A DNA stretch of 64,000 nt from Trypanosoma brucei (GCA_000002445.1 CM000207.1:2496001-2560000), one strand, 5' to 3'. Shown: positions 13,286 to 26,634, counted from the stretch's first letter. Notes: generated from the letters alone by a model not told the origin. A program made the numbers and translations.

Positions 13286-14699
13286 TTGCTGGCGGAATTT
13301 GTGGCCGCGGTATTCGCACAGGATGAAGACTCCTCAGTCGAAGCAATAAAGAGCACGTGTGATGAAGCGGTGTGGCTTCACACCGTCCAAGATAATTATA
13401 TCAAAAATGTACAAACAGCTGCAGCTCGAAATTCTGACCTACTCACAGAAGCCAGAATCCTAACCCTAGCCGCGGCACAGTTCTCCGACCAAACACAACA
13501 GGTGGTACTAACCTCGTTAGCTGCCATTGCAGACCAGCGAGCAACTGCAGCGGCAGCGATCCTAAATCGAGAAACACCAAGCTTACTAGCAGCGGTAGCC
13601 TTGCTGAACGAACGACGCGGCAACGTCCGAGCACTGGCGCGCATTCTAAGCACGCAAGAATCCGCAACTTTCTCAGGGTCGACGGCAGCCGGTGGCGGCA
13701 ACGTCCTCTTTGCCGCGACAACAGTCAAGTGCTTTCTAATAGCAACACTGGACAAGAAACCCACAGCGGAGTGTACAGTAACGGAACAGAGCGCGACGAA
13801 GCTAGCAGATGCAGGCCACCACCTGGCCAAAATAACGAAAATGAAAGCGATACCGCTAACAAAATTTGGCATTCCTCAACTTGGTGTGGACATAGAAACG
13901 AAAGGTACATTCGCCGCAGGCAGTAACCAAGCAAACGAAAATAACAAATGCGCAGACAAACCCATAAAAAGCAGCGAAACCAACGGTTCCTGTTTAACGA
14001 AACTAGCACTAAATCAACCTACAGCGGCACCAACGGACGTGAAACTGAAAGATAAAGACGCCTTCGTAAACGTATCCAAAGAAAAAGACCACTACATCAC
14101 CACTGGTACCCAGGTAGCAAGCGCCACCTATAACCCAAGAGCCCTAACATCCAAACTTCTAGGAAAGATTGCGGATGAAACGGCCGATTTCCCGAGCGGC
14201 GACCCCGCCATTAAGAACGTAATCTATCTCGCACTTAGCCAAGAGAAAAACATCAAGGACAGCACCGACCAAAAAGCAGAAAATGTAAAACCCTGCTTGG
14301 CGGCGCCGGGAACAAACTACAAGACAAAATTTTTTGACTTTCAACGAAGACAACATAAAGTATACTGTTAGGGAACAAACCGTAACCACGAGTGTAAGGG
14401 AGGCTGCAAGCGATTTAAACTACGGAATAACACTAGCATTTTCGCATAAAAGACAACACGGCAATAGCCAGAGCAAGGAATTCCAGAGAGCAGGTGAAAG
14501 CACCGACAAAATCAAAGAAACTGAATGCAGAAATAGAAAAGACAGAGGCAAATACAAGGAAAAGAATGGGTGTGAATTCAAAGATGAGGATTGCAAAGTT
14601 AAAGTGACCACAGCAACAGAAACAACAGAAAACACCACAGAAAGCAATTCTTATGTCATTAACAAGGCTCCTCTTTTGCTTTTATTTTTGATTTTATAA
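13286..14699 (+). pseudogene. VSG: VSG pseudogene, no recognisable signal peptide; frameshift between the N-terminal domain ORF and the C-terminal ORF
   Basis: ORF 13286-14371 (TTG-initiated in the track) is Ala/Thr-rich. ORF 14334-14699 has a Cys-rich C-terminal domain (ECRNRKDRGKYKEKNGCEFKDEDCKVK) and ends ...ESNSYVINKAPLLLLFLIL-stop, a 17-aa-class GPI signal. Confidence 0.7.
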
Positions 14700-14733
14700 A
14701 ACTTTTTAGATTTCCCCCTCTGTTTTGCTATTC

Positions 14734-14749
14734 GGATATATTTTAACAC
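14734..14749 (+). promoter_or_regulatory. VSG 3'UTR 16-mer stability element
   Basis: GGATATATTTTAACAC, 35 nt downstream of the VSG stop at 14699. Confidence 0.65.
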
Positions 14750-15649
14750 TTGAAAATTCCGCGAAAATAATGTGTGTTTGTGTAAAATTGTGACTTTGTA
14801 AAAAAAAAATTGATCTGATAAAAATTTCTCTTTTTTGTCGCTGATTTTTTTCCAGAAAAACAAGAAGGTAAAAAAATGGCGAGGTTATGGAGGATTGAAA
14901 TTTCTAGCGACCATTGTTAGGGTTAAATTTTGGTTTTTTGACAATTTTTGGTTTTCGATTTTTCTAGTGACTTTTGAATTTTTAAGGTTGAGGTTTTTAG
15001 GATTATTAGAGTTAAGGTTTTTTTGTTAGACATTTTTGAGATTTATAAATTTTTTTGGCATTTTTCACATTTTTTAAAGTTTTTGGAGTTGGATTAATTT
15101 TATAAAAAAATTGGGGTTTTAAACTCTTTTATGCGTTTTATATTAATTTTCGTAACTTCAGATTTACACTGAACCCGGCATCAGTTGTGCTAAAACCAAA
15201 AACAAAAGAAAGGAAGGATAGATAGGGTTATGGCTAGAGTTAGGGTAAGAGTTAGGGTTATTCGGGTAGATGTTTTAATTCTCCTTTTTTGGTTTTTTTT
15301 AAATTTGTCATTTTTTCTTAGTGATGCAGCAGCTCTTTCTGTATGTCACCTCTAGGCCTTTTTCACTCAACACGCATCTTCTTCTTCATATTTTTACATA
15401 TTTATTTCATATCCACATCGTTACGATTTATTTCTAACACTTTTTTGAATTTGAGCTCTGCATTTTTCTCTGCGCGCGGCCTCAAAATTTTTTTTATGCT
15501 GGCGCGTGGCAGTTTTGCCTCACAAAACGATTTGCTTTCAAAGAAGAAATAATATAAAAAGAGACCTATTTGGAAGTAGGAGATTATCATGATCAGTGGT
15601 GAAGCATCATCGGCCCGATCTACCGCTGGCAGGCGACGTCTAATGCCGC

Positions 15650-16043
15650 TCAACTGTCAGTGGCGCGTTTTTAACCCCAAAGGAAAAGACGACAAAGAGT
15701 GCAGATTGATTGAGGAAACCAAACAAAAAGCAGCAGAGCAAGAAAATTGAGAAATACGAGGGAAATATGGCAAACATGACCAGAAAACTCACCACATAAC
15801 CGGAATATGAGGCAGTAAACAAGGATAACAAAAATTATTGTGTATAGAGAAGTGGGAAAGATAACAAGGATGAAAAAGACACAAAAATTCCGTGATTCCA
15901 GTTTTCTCGTCAATAAGAAAATTTCTCTGATGGCTGCTTCTGTTTTAAGTTTGGTAGTATTAAAAGATTTTTCGCTTAGTTTTATTAAATACTTCATTTT
16001 TGAGAGAATCTACAAAAATTTGAAACAATCTGATATATTTTAA
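15650..16043 (+). pseudogene. Orphan VSG C-terminal fragment (C-terminal domain, GPI signal, 3'UTR) with no N-terminal domain
   Basis: ...KGKDDKECRLIEETKQKAAEQE... then DSSFLVNKKISLMAASVLSLVVL. A 16-mer-like TGATATATTTTAATTA sits at 16031-16046, followed immediately by a 70-bp repeat. Confidence 0.6.
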
Positions 16044-16049
16044 TTATTT

Positions 16050-16195
16050 TTTAATAGTTAGAGTTATATAATAATTATGATATTAATAGAAGAGCACTGT
16101 AAGTGTATATATACTAATACTATAATAATAATAATAGGATAGTCTTGTGAGTGTGTTTATAATAATGTTATGATAAGAGTTGTGGTGAAGAATGA
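16050..16195 (+). repeat. 70-bp repeat block, about two units
   Basis: agaagagcactgtaagtgtatatatactaatactataataataataatagg ... cttgtgagtgtgtttataataatgttatgataagagttgtggtg. Confidence 0.7.
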
Positions 16196-17589
16196 ATTTA
16201 ATGACAAAAATGGAAGCACCGAAAACAATGTTATGTGTGCAATTGCAGTAATTGAGTAAGTGTGATAGAACGAGATTTTATATGTGTAGATTTAAGCACA
16301 TATGTAAATATGGGTATCATTATACAAAAAGGTGATGGTTATTGATAGGAAGTGGGGGCAGAATGCGGTGTATAGGTCACATGGAATCGATACATTGTCT
16401 GTCGAAGATAAATTACACAAAAAAGAATAAACGAAAGTATGGAATAAAATAACCTAAGAGAAAATAGCACAGTATGAAAGGAAATTACACCGAAAATAAA
16501 TATGCTCCGTATTTCATGTGGAAATAGATATAATCCACTGCGAAGATAGTGCTTTGGAATGTGGTTGTTAATGTGATGGCGAATCCTATTTTTTAGAATG
16601 TGAAGAAATACAAAAAAGAGAAACTGATAGGAGGAGCGGATTGAGAAACTGTGAAGCAATTTAGAAGTATTCTCATCAAATGTAGTAATAATGACCGATG
16701 TGTGCTGGATATGACATAACATTGTCTTGAAAAGGATTTTAGAACTGGAACTACAAATGAGTTATCGCGGATAACAAAACAGACAAAACGCCGAAGTTTC
16801 TTAGAGTAGAACGTGTGTCAAGCTATGAATTATCTCTATGAAGCGAAGGGAAATAATGACGATATTCTTCCAATCTTGTATTGGTATATTTACCAGTCAT
16901 TAATAATTTTCAAGGATCAAGTAAACCATATAAAAGTGGTTGCCGACACAAAGTGAACGCCGCGTGTTTACAAATCAAAAAAGTGGAAGAAGGCGGTTTT
17001 GTGTCCACTGTTTTCAAGTCTTCAGCGACAGTGTCCGATAAAAAACAAGGATGTAAGGCAGAAAGACACTGCAAACCTTTTCGTGATAAACAACAATGCT
17101 TTCTAGTTATTACGCAGATATTCAATGTAGAATTGAAAGAAAATAGAACCAATAAAAAACATGAGATTTGAATTCCCATGCATAGAAATATTTCTTACTT
17201 TCATCCATCAACCTCAAAGATGAGACTGAACAAATACCATTGGTGAAAACCAAAAATAAACACACAAAGTGTGAGCAGGAAGAGCATTCGTAGTGGGTAT
17301 GCAATTAAACTGCCACCTTCAAGGTTACAACAACACAGAACGTAAATAGGCGATGTGTGATGCATCAAAAACAGCCACAACAGTTTAATGCAATTACTGA
17401 AACAAACACAAATGAAGCATAACCCAACTCACCATTGCAACACCCACCAGCAGCGTGACGAACGACTGCCACACAGCTCTAAACAGCACTTGCACGTCCT
17501 ACATACTTTTCAGCACGCCTTAATGAGGTTCTGCTCTGTGATACCCATAAATTCCTTAACTTTTGTCAATGTAGCTAGAGAAACGGACG

Positions 17590-19057
17590 ATGTTTAAGCC
17601 GACAGCAGTGGTGACGCTAACTCTTGTTTTTATCTGCATCGAACAGCATGCAGATGCCCAAGCACAGGAATCTTTGATTAGCGCTGTCACCACACCGTGT
17701 CATGAACTGCAGTATCTAAAAAAGTTAATAGGCCACTTCGAAGGACAATTACAAGCACCGAGCAACAACCTCAAAGATCTGGCGGCGGACTTCACCCAAC
17801 TGACAATCAGCCATGCGTGCTCAACGTCAACTTCAACGAAACAAGCGGTGGGAGCTTTTCTCGCGAAAAGATCTGAAGCAATGCACTAACAAGAAGCGAT
17901 TATTCAAGCTGGTAGAGGCACAGTAACGAAATTGTTAAGAGCACTTAAAGACAAGAGGATGCAAACACGAACACTAATAAGGTCTGCACTAGACAAACTA
18001 ACTCTAAGCGGCGGATCAAACCCGCAAACGGGACAGGCCGGCCTAAGCAGGGCCACCGACGAGCAGCGCGACGTGCAAGACACAGGCGATGGAAAAGACA
18101 GTAACACTTGCGACACCGAAGTCACAGCCGGAGCGCATAAAGAGGAAACAGTGATCACAGAGATACCCGCATCGAAAATATACAGCTTATCCCCGATGCC
18201 AAATTCAACCCACCGAGCTACAAGCTCAAAATAGCTTCGGCAGTGAGGGCTCAATGAGCACAATGAAACCAGGAGCCTACGCGATGACCCCGACATATGA
18301 CAGCACACCGCTCGGACAACTAACAAAAGCGTTCGGAGTAGTGTCAGCAACGCGTGACACGAGAAATGACCGGCCGACCAAAACAACCTTATTTAAGCCA
18401 GCTGGCAAAAATGCTGGCTGCGAAGATGACAACACAGACGAAAAAAAAAACCTAACAACGACTAAAAGATTAGCAGCCCTGCTTTTCCGGCACCGACACA
18501 TCAACATAAAGACAGTCGCCCGACCTCTTCAAAAGAGAAAAAATGACCTATAAAGTGACTCAACATTACGCAAAATAGCCCAGCTATTCAAACACCGAGA
18601 AACCAATAGTGCCGAAGAGGACAACAAGCAAACTTCAGCTGTCAAGGCGTTGCTCCCCAACGGCGAAGCAACCTTAACTTCAGATCTAAAACCGTTGGAA
18701 AACGAGCACATCAGTTACAAAGCAGACAACGGTATAGCAAAGATAAACTTAAAGGAAGCCAACAGCGCCGGCGAAATTGCGAAAACTCTTGATTTTTGTT
18801 TCGCAAAAGAACACGCCGCCAAAGTAGCGGAAAGAGCACAAAAGACAAACCCAGATACTAAAACAGAAGAAAAATACAAGGAAAACACAGAAGAAAAAAT
18901 GCAAAGAAGACAAAGATTGTGAGCTCAAAGATAGTAAATGCAAACTTAAAGAGGGTGTAAAAGCTGAAAATGATGTGAAAACTACAAACACCACAGGAAG
19001 TAATTCTTTTATCATTAAAAAGGTCCCTCTTTTGCTTGTATTTTTGATTATAGTATA
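17590..19057 (+). pseudogene. VSG: VSG pseudogene: true ATG and signal peptide, multiple frameshifts, GPI signal retained
   Basis: MFKPTAVVTLTLVFICIEQHADAQ starts at ATG 17590. ORFs 17590-17889, 17932-18234, 18254-18553 and 18650-18922 sit in shifting frames. The C-terminus reads ...CKLKEGVKAENDVKTTNTTGSNSFIIKKVPLLLVFLII. A degenerate 16-mer TGACATATTTTAGCAC lies at 19114-19129. Confidence 0.7.
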
Positions 19058-19698
19058 ACACATTTAAGAAATTTGCTCAATTTTTATGAAATATTCTAAC
19101 GTTTACCAATATCTGACATATTTTAGCACCTTTAAATTCCCCGTAAATTGTGTGCTTTTGTTAAATTTTGAGTGTGTACAATTTTTTGTTGCTTAAAATT
19201 TTCTCTTTTTTCTTTTGTTTTCTGTTGATTTTTTTTTGAATTTTTTGGGTTAGTTTTTTTGGTATGTTCGATGTAGTAAAACAGACAAAAAACCTAAAGG
19301 CAAGCTAGAAAATGTTAGGGGTAGGGTCATTCGGGTTGTGGTTACGATTTGTAATTTTTGTTTTAATTTTTTAATGATGCAGCGGCTCTTTCTCGATGAA
19401 ACCCTAACACTTCTTACTCCAGCAGACATCTTTGCTTAAATTCTCTTGATATTCATTTTTACCACGCCGCCGTTACGCTTTTGTTCATTTTGATTTTGTG
19501 AATTTCAGCTCCTCATTTTTGGCTGCGCGCGGCGTTAAACATTTTTTTTCGTTAAAACAAAAGCTGGCGCATGGTCTAAGCTGCTGCACACAGCTTTTAT
19601 TTTTATTTTTTTACAGTGGCGTGTGGCAGTTTCGCTGCGGCCCTCCCTCTGCTTTTAAGGTGAGGTAGAAGCAAGCAAAAGATATTCAGCAGCAACAC

Positions 19699-20085
19699 AT
19701 GAGGCCAATTTGGCAGCAAACTTTAGCGACGTGTGCAGACAGCAAGCGTTACACAACAAACGTGACCTGCAAAGCTAACGACTGCAAATGGGAAGGGGAC
19801 AGCGAAACCACTGCAAACCGAAAGATGGAGAAGCGCAGACAAACACAGCAGCAACAGAGGGAACTGTATCAACACAAGGCCCTAATTGTGACAAGTATAC
19901 TGATCCATAGAAATGTGCCAAGGTGCCACGCAAAGCTAAGGAGGGAAAGAAATCTGTTTGTGATTGGATTGATTTCATGGACGGACAGGAAAATTTTTGA
20001 ACCAAAATTCCGTGATTCAAGTTTCCTTGTAAGTAGAAAATTGGCTCTGATGTCTGCTGCTTTTCTGCGTGTGGTATCATTTTAA
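19699..20085 (+). pseudogene. Orphan VSG C-terminal fragment, paralogous to the fragment at 15650-16043
   Basis: ...CKANDCKWEGDSETTANRKMEK ... FRDSSFLVSRKLALMSAAFLRVVSF-stop, then TTGATATATTTTAATAC at 20167-20183, then a 70-bp repeat at 20285-20345. Confidence 0.6.
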
Positions 20086-20284
20086 AGATTTTTACTCAAT
20101 TAAATCAAATTTATTAAGTTTATGAAATTTTCTATTTTGAGAAAATTTGCTAGGATTAGCTAACAATTGATATATTTTAATACTTTTCGATAAAATATGA
20201 AAATTTAGAAAAATGTGAATGATAATAGCCTATGATTGCGATGTAAAATTGTAATATGATATGAAATGTGAGTTCTTTTCTGAT

Positions 20285-20345
20285 TTTGGTGAAATAGTAA
20301 TAGACTGTTGTGAGTGTGTATATACTAATATTATAATAAATGTCT
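20285..20345 (+). repeat. 70-bp repeat (single degenerate unit)
   Basis: aatagactgttgtgagtgtgtatatactaatattataataaatg. Confidence 0.65.
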
Positions 20346-22077
20346 TGACGAACACATGGACTACAAAAATAGAAGAATTTAAAATCAGAGAGGGTACAAT
20401 GGAAGTGAATGAGTGAAGGAAAGTTCAAGGAATATATTTTATACGGAGAAACAGAAAGACAGAGAGAGTGTGGGGAAGAAATTAACGCAATAACAGACGC
20501 CGAAATAAAGAAGGGACTCTCATATGCCAACGAATGTGGAGGCAGTAATTATGAATAAACAGAGCACAGCGACCGAGAAAATGCAACTCCTACGTTTTAT
20601 ACAGTGATATCAAAGGAGAAACTGCTGGCGAAAGTGAGAGGGTTGGAAACGCCGTGAAAAAAGTCCATATATGAGCCAGTTGTGGCTATTTACGAATTGG
20701 AGGGAATAAACAGCGATACCTTTCTAATCCCGTACCTGTATTACAGGAAAACAGTAATACATTTCAATGAGTGGTTAATTGACACAAGGATTGTGACTGA
20801 GAAAACAAAAGATGACAATTAACAAAGCAAAATTGAAGAAGAAAAAGAAACTTTCAGGACTTTAATTGACAAATCTTAGACGGCGTCGTCAACAGCTGAA
20901 AGCAGGCATAAACAAAAGTTTATGCATGCTCTGGAAGAATAAAAGCCTCATCTTCTTATGACAGCGGAATGTGACAACAGCTATATAGCAGTAAATAGAA
21001 CAAATTAGAAACCACAAGATAAGAATCTTAACTCGTAGAAAGTAGTCTGGTGTTTTATATAGCTATAAGAATGAATTTGGGAACAAATAAAAAATATTCA
21101 AAGGGTAATGGACAGGAAGAAAAGTCTGTTAAACAACAGTTATGTCAAGTTCAATAGAAATAGAGAACGAAAATAACAGATGAGAATTCTTACTTTTTTG
21201 CTTTGTCCTGATTAGTTTGCTCGAAGTATCCAATTCTATCTTTTATTTACACAGGAAATACACGCAATAAAACAAGGCAAATGATTTTAAATGTCCAGAT
21301 CAGAGACGGTTGCCCTCAGTATTTTACAAGTAGAGTCTACGTTACTGTTTTTAAAAAGCAATTGAAGCTGGTGGAGCACAGTCAGGCGGTTTAAGCGGCT
21401 GTAAATGGATAGGGTCTGCTCAGTAGAAACAAAATTTAGGAATGTGAAAAAACGCCCGTCCTCAGAGCTGTCACCCCGGATAAAACAGAAAATCATTACT
21501 TACAGCAGTTTTTATGGGCACTAAATAAAATTGCAAGAACAAAAGTGGTGAATAAAAAGGCAATTCCAATGCAAAAATTAACTGCTATACGGGTTTGGCA
21601 AAACGGTTTCTCAAAAGGGTTCAAAGTCATGCGTACGAGTGAAGAGTCAGTGTTATGTAGTCGCTGATAAATTCATCCACAAAACAGGAATTGGACTACA
21701 ATAGAAGAACACAGCAAACATTAATGAAAGATGCTTTAGATATAGAATGGTATTTATCAAATTTGAAAATCGAGGCTATTTGCCTTAAGTGGGTGCCGTT
21801 TTCCGTTACTAAAGGAAGATGCTGGCCTCTTGAGTTCTTCTTTTTTGTTCCATACGTGTTTCTTAAAAGTAACAGACATCATGAAGCTATAACCACACGT
21901 GCTAGCACGTGACTTACAGAACAAGCAGAAAAATCGGCTCCATCGAGGCAACCCTAATATCGAGAAGGGGCGGAAAACAACATACCTACGTCTCCACCGG
22001 CAACCAATTGGCACAAACTCAACTTCTCTTGATATCCTTCACTCTAGGGACACGAGCTAGCACGAAGACACGAATTC

Positions 22078-23551
22078 ATGTCACTGCCCTTTATATGGAC
22101 GATAGCCGTACTAGCCACCGCAACCGGAACATTAGCGACCATTCATGAACACACAAAACAGGTTGCTACAGCTTGCGCCGCTGCCAGACAGTTTGGAGAA
22201 GCTTTAACGGTCATCAAATCAAAGGCAACGGACCCAATCACAAGCCAGGAAAAGTTACAAAAGGACTACACAAGACTTGTCCTCGCCGCTACGGCCACAC
22301 GCGGAGACCTGCGGATTGCGGCAGCAGCACTACTGCCGGTTGCGGGGAAACTGCTAGACGAAACCGCCGCAGATGTTTCCAGGCTAACAACCCTAGCCCT
22401 ACAGGTCACAGCCAAGATTGGCCGGCACCAAGGCGTAAAGGCTGTCCTAGCCGATATTGAATCACTGTCCGTTCCGACCATGGCAGACAGAACACTCAGT
22501 GAAAACGACTGACCAGGAGCCGACGGAGAGCAAATAAGATATACGCCGTTTTCTCACGCCAAAGGCACGCTTAAACAAGAACCAATAGACCAAACAAAGA
22601 CCATAAACGCCCCAGACATTTCACAAACCGGCACAACCCTGGTGTTTATCCATGCACAGGTGGAAACTCAAAAAAGCGGCTTGTCAAACAGCGTGACGAT
22701 CTGCGGAGAAACGGCCAGCAACCCAGGAGCAGACTACGAATCAGCAGCCCCCAACCAAAACCACCACCTACGCATGTCCGGAAGTGAGCTGTTAGACTTT
22801 AACAAACAAATCTACAAGAAGGGGACAACAACCGACGGAGAATACACAGCAGTAACGCCGACGTCCACCAACATCATACCAACGCAGGACTTTGTAACCG
22901 AAAACCTGGATGGCGTAAAAGCAATTGAAAAGGAGTTAAGCGGGATAGCAACCACCGGCAACGAGCTCGTGCAAGCGGCGATAAAAACCGACGAACACAC
23001 TCAACAAGCAATAAGGAAATTGATCCTCAAACACACAACTGAACAAGCCACTTCCGCGGAGGCAAACAAAATCAAAGACACGGTAAACCTCTTATACGGG
23101 GACGACCAGGAAGCTTTCACAGACATAGTCTGGAACCAAGTGGAGGCAGTAACAATTCCGAAATAGGTGATCGCTAATAGAAAAAAGACAGATGTCAAAT
23201 CTACAGAGAAAATTAGCGACCTTAGCGCAAGTGCAACTTCTTGCTTAATTCAAACTGAAAGCAGCGCAAATTCAGGAAAGGCCAAAGACAGCACACCACA
23301 GGAAGTAAGTAAGAAAACAGAAAACAGCGAGAAAACAGAAATAGACAAAAAACAAGAGTAAATTGCTCTAGCCATTCAACCAAGGAGACATGCGAAGCAG
23401 TGACAGGTACTCCTCCTACAGGCAAGGCCAAAGTTTGTGGATGGATTGAAGGCAAGTTTCAGGATTCCTCTATTCTCTTCAATAAAAATTGGCTCTTATT
23501 GCTGCTGCGTTTGTTATTTTGGTGTAATTTTAGGATTTTTTCAATTATTTG
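22078..23551 (+). pseudogene. VSG: VSG pseudogene: ATG start, frameshifts and in-frame stops, degenerate GPI tail
   Basis: MSLPFIWTIAVLATATGTLA... (ORF 22078-22512). ORF 22642-23166 and ORF 23167-23361 follow. The C-terminus reads ...GKAKVCGWIEGKFQDSSILFNKNWLLLLLRLLF. Confidence 0.65.
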
Positions 23552-23804
23552 AGAGTTATGAAATATGTTATTTTTACCTAATTCGGTTAATTCGCTAAAC
23601 TTTGATATGTTTGATATAATCTGACACTTTTGATGAAATTGTGCAAAGCTGTAAAATTTTGAAAGTTTAGAAATTAGTGAACAATATGGACTTTGAAGAC
23701 ACAAAACTTTGGTATGCTATTGGCATATGGGCGCAAAGTTGTAAGATGATATCGTATGTAAATAATTAATATTCTAATTTGGTTTAGGTTTGTTTATTTT
23801 ATGT

Positions 23805-23900
23805 ATATAAGTGAAGTTTATAATGGTAATAGCAATGATAATGATAGGAGTTTGTTTTGAATGCGTATATTGTAACATTGTTAATATAATAAGAGCAGTT
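23805..23900 (+). repeat. 70-bp repeat block
   Basis: ggtaatagcaatgataatgataggagtttgttttgaatgcgtatattgtaacattgttaatataataagag. Confidence 0.65.
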
Positions 23901-24927
23901 TCGACTACCAAGCGGACTACCAAAATTGGAGCACTTAAACAATGTGAAAATGGAGCGGAAGTGAGAGGGAGTTATAGAGAACGAGAACTATTATTTTTAA
24001 ACTAAATACAGAAATTTAAAGAAGAAAGAAGTGATATACATGGACTTTTTTATCACTGTGCGGATTCACGGCTATCGTGGCTACCTTACACTAGTAATGA
24101 GGAAGAAATGTGTCTATGCACATCATATAACATGGCGTGATAGTGTGAGATTCAGCCTTGGAGAACAAGCCACTATCCACCAAAGCCTCCTCATGTGGAG
24201 ATTATTACCAACCAACTTCGCAAACAGATGGTAAACACAACACGGCCACCGTTCTATATACATGGTCTCCATTGCAGGACGCGGCACCACATATAGCTGG
24301 TGCGGCATCTCACCCTGTAAATTTACCACTTGCTCTACAGCTAATGACACGTATACAACTTCGATGGGTTTCCCTTGGACAGGGTACTTAACCCCAAAGC
24401 ATGAAGTATTCACTTTTTCTCAGATTGAGTTGCGCTTCACACAAATAAATATCTTCAACGTCCAAAAGTGCACTCACTATGGCACCACAGCAATCACTTA
24501 CCCCGGTAGATATACCAGTTTTCACGTCGTAACAGTTAGCCTCCGCAAAAAATTTTTATTCTTCCTCGGTACAAGACCCTGACACCACAATGAGGTTGCT
24601 ACCACTAACGCCAGGGGGTTGACGGTGCTTGGAATAGAAAGGATAAAAGTGATAGACCAGTAATTTGATACTTGGAAGAAGCTAAAAGTATTTAGATTTT
24701 TGCAACACACTCTTAAGGAGGGGTCTAAAGATGAATAAAAACTGACACAGTCCAGAAGCCATGGTGCAGAAACTTTCTCGACCAAAATGCATATCTCGTC
24801 AACGGCAAACCAAGAAATCTTAATACACCAACACCTCTCTAGTACCTAGTCAAGGAAAAGTGGAGCAGACCAACGAGGTGCAAAACTTCGAAACGAAAAC
24901 ACAACCTTCTCTTGGTGCACAGCGGTG

Positions 24928-26394
24928 ATGCAAAATCATGCCGTGTATTCTGCGGCTATGGCATTGTTCCTGGAATTTCAATCTCAGCTCAGCTCAGCAG
25001 GGCAAGTATCAGAGCCAGTCAGAAAAAAAACAGTATCAGTGTGCTCGGAACTGAAGTATCTAAAAATTGCAGCATGGAAGATAGAAGAAACAGCAAAGAG
25101 CGGCGAACCAGAGGCCAGAAAACTTGAAGAGTACGCTGATGCGTGGCTTTTACTGGTAATGCACGAAAGACAGGAGCAGAAAAGGCTAGCGACCGCCGCA
25201 CTCGCAGCATACAAGGTACAAAATGCGAAAGAAGCAGACCGATTAGTGTCCCGGCACAGAGCACTAGCGGAAGCCGCCGCACAAAGATTCTTACAAAGAG
25301 CGGCGTACTCTGAGGCTTTGATGTACTCCGAGCATGCCGTACCGAGCCAAACGCCCGCAGCCGACAACGCCGGGCCTCCAAAAACCTGCACATTCACAGC
25401 CTCATTCGCGCATAAAGTGCCAACCAGCTGCGACACAGACCAACAAGAGTCTGCTTTCCTTGGCGACGCAAGCTTCCACAACAAGGGAATCACGCACTTG
25501 CATATACTCAAAGAAGACAGATTAATCCCCCGTATAGGCAAATTTGTAGCAAAACTGAGAGGAACAGTCGACAGCCTGCAAACAGCCGCAACAGATTACG
25601 GCGGCGACAGCGATACCGACGTAACAGCAAATAACATAAAAGCGACACTGACGCTAAGCCCACTTACGGAAACACCAGACGGCGACGGCTACGCCTTAAC
25701 AGTAGACGGCCAAATCAAAGGGACCTGCAAGAAACCAACAGAAAAGGCAGAACAATCGCTGCGGTCGCGTGAATACGTAGCGGAGCCTTTCTTCGAGTGC
25801 ACGAAACAACCACTGCCTTCTGTCCCAGACCCAGAAAACTTCAGCGGAAGCGAACTCAAAAATAACGCTTTAATCAAAAAGTTATACAGAGAGAGCTGGC
25901 AAGTATACAGCGGCAAAAAAATAGAAGACTCTGACGCCGAAAAACAGCTCGAAAAGATATTTGGCGACAACAGTCAAAAAGTTTAAACCAATTTCGTTAC
26001 GCTACTAACAAGCACCAGGCTGCGAGTGGTGGCCGCAGCAGCTGAAAATGCAGCGGACTTGCTTACAATAGCCAAAAACACTCAGTCGGCACAAGCGATT
26101 ATTTTTATGACATCAGCCAACAAGGCGCCAGGAAAAGAGCAGAAACAAGAAACGTCGCAAGGAGGTGGCAAAAAAGATGCAGCAGAAGACAAAGCAGGAG
26201 AAAATAAAGACGGGGACAATAAAACAAACGCAGATGCATGCAAAGGAACTGAAGAGGGTAAATGTGACACAAAAAAATGCGCTTGGGATAAGGACAATAA
26301 AGAGTGCAAAGCTAAAGAGGGGGCAGCAGTTATTTCTTATCTGATGAAGGTCCCTCTACTGCTTGCATTTTTGCTTCTGCAATTAAGTGTTTAA
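24928..26394 (+). pseudogene. VSG: Near-intact VSG interrupted by a single in-frame TAA (25984-25986) between the N-terminal and C-terminal domains
   Basis: ORF 24925-25986 (353 aa, true ATG at 24928, MQNHAVYSAAMALFLEF signal) and ORF 26026-26394 are in the same frame. The C-terminus reads CKGTEEGKCDTKKCAWDKDNKECKAKEGAAVISYLMKVPLLLAFLLL. A 16-mer CATATATTTTAACAC lies near 26476-26490. Confidence 0.75.
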
Positions 26395-26634
26395 AGATTT
26401 TGATTAATTTCATGAAATTCAAGAAATTTAGTATTTTGATATGTTTTCTAATATTGTCTAAATTTGCTAATATTTCATATATTTTAACACTTTTCCACGA
26501 AATGTAAAATTTTTGAAATTTAAAAAATAGAAAAATGAGTATGATAGTGACCTATGAATGTAAAGTAGTAGGGTTATAGGGTTTAAGAAACGGATTCTGT
26601 CCTTAGAACTTTTATTTTTGTTAATTTTTTATTT

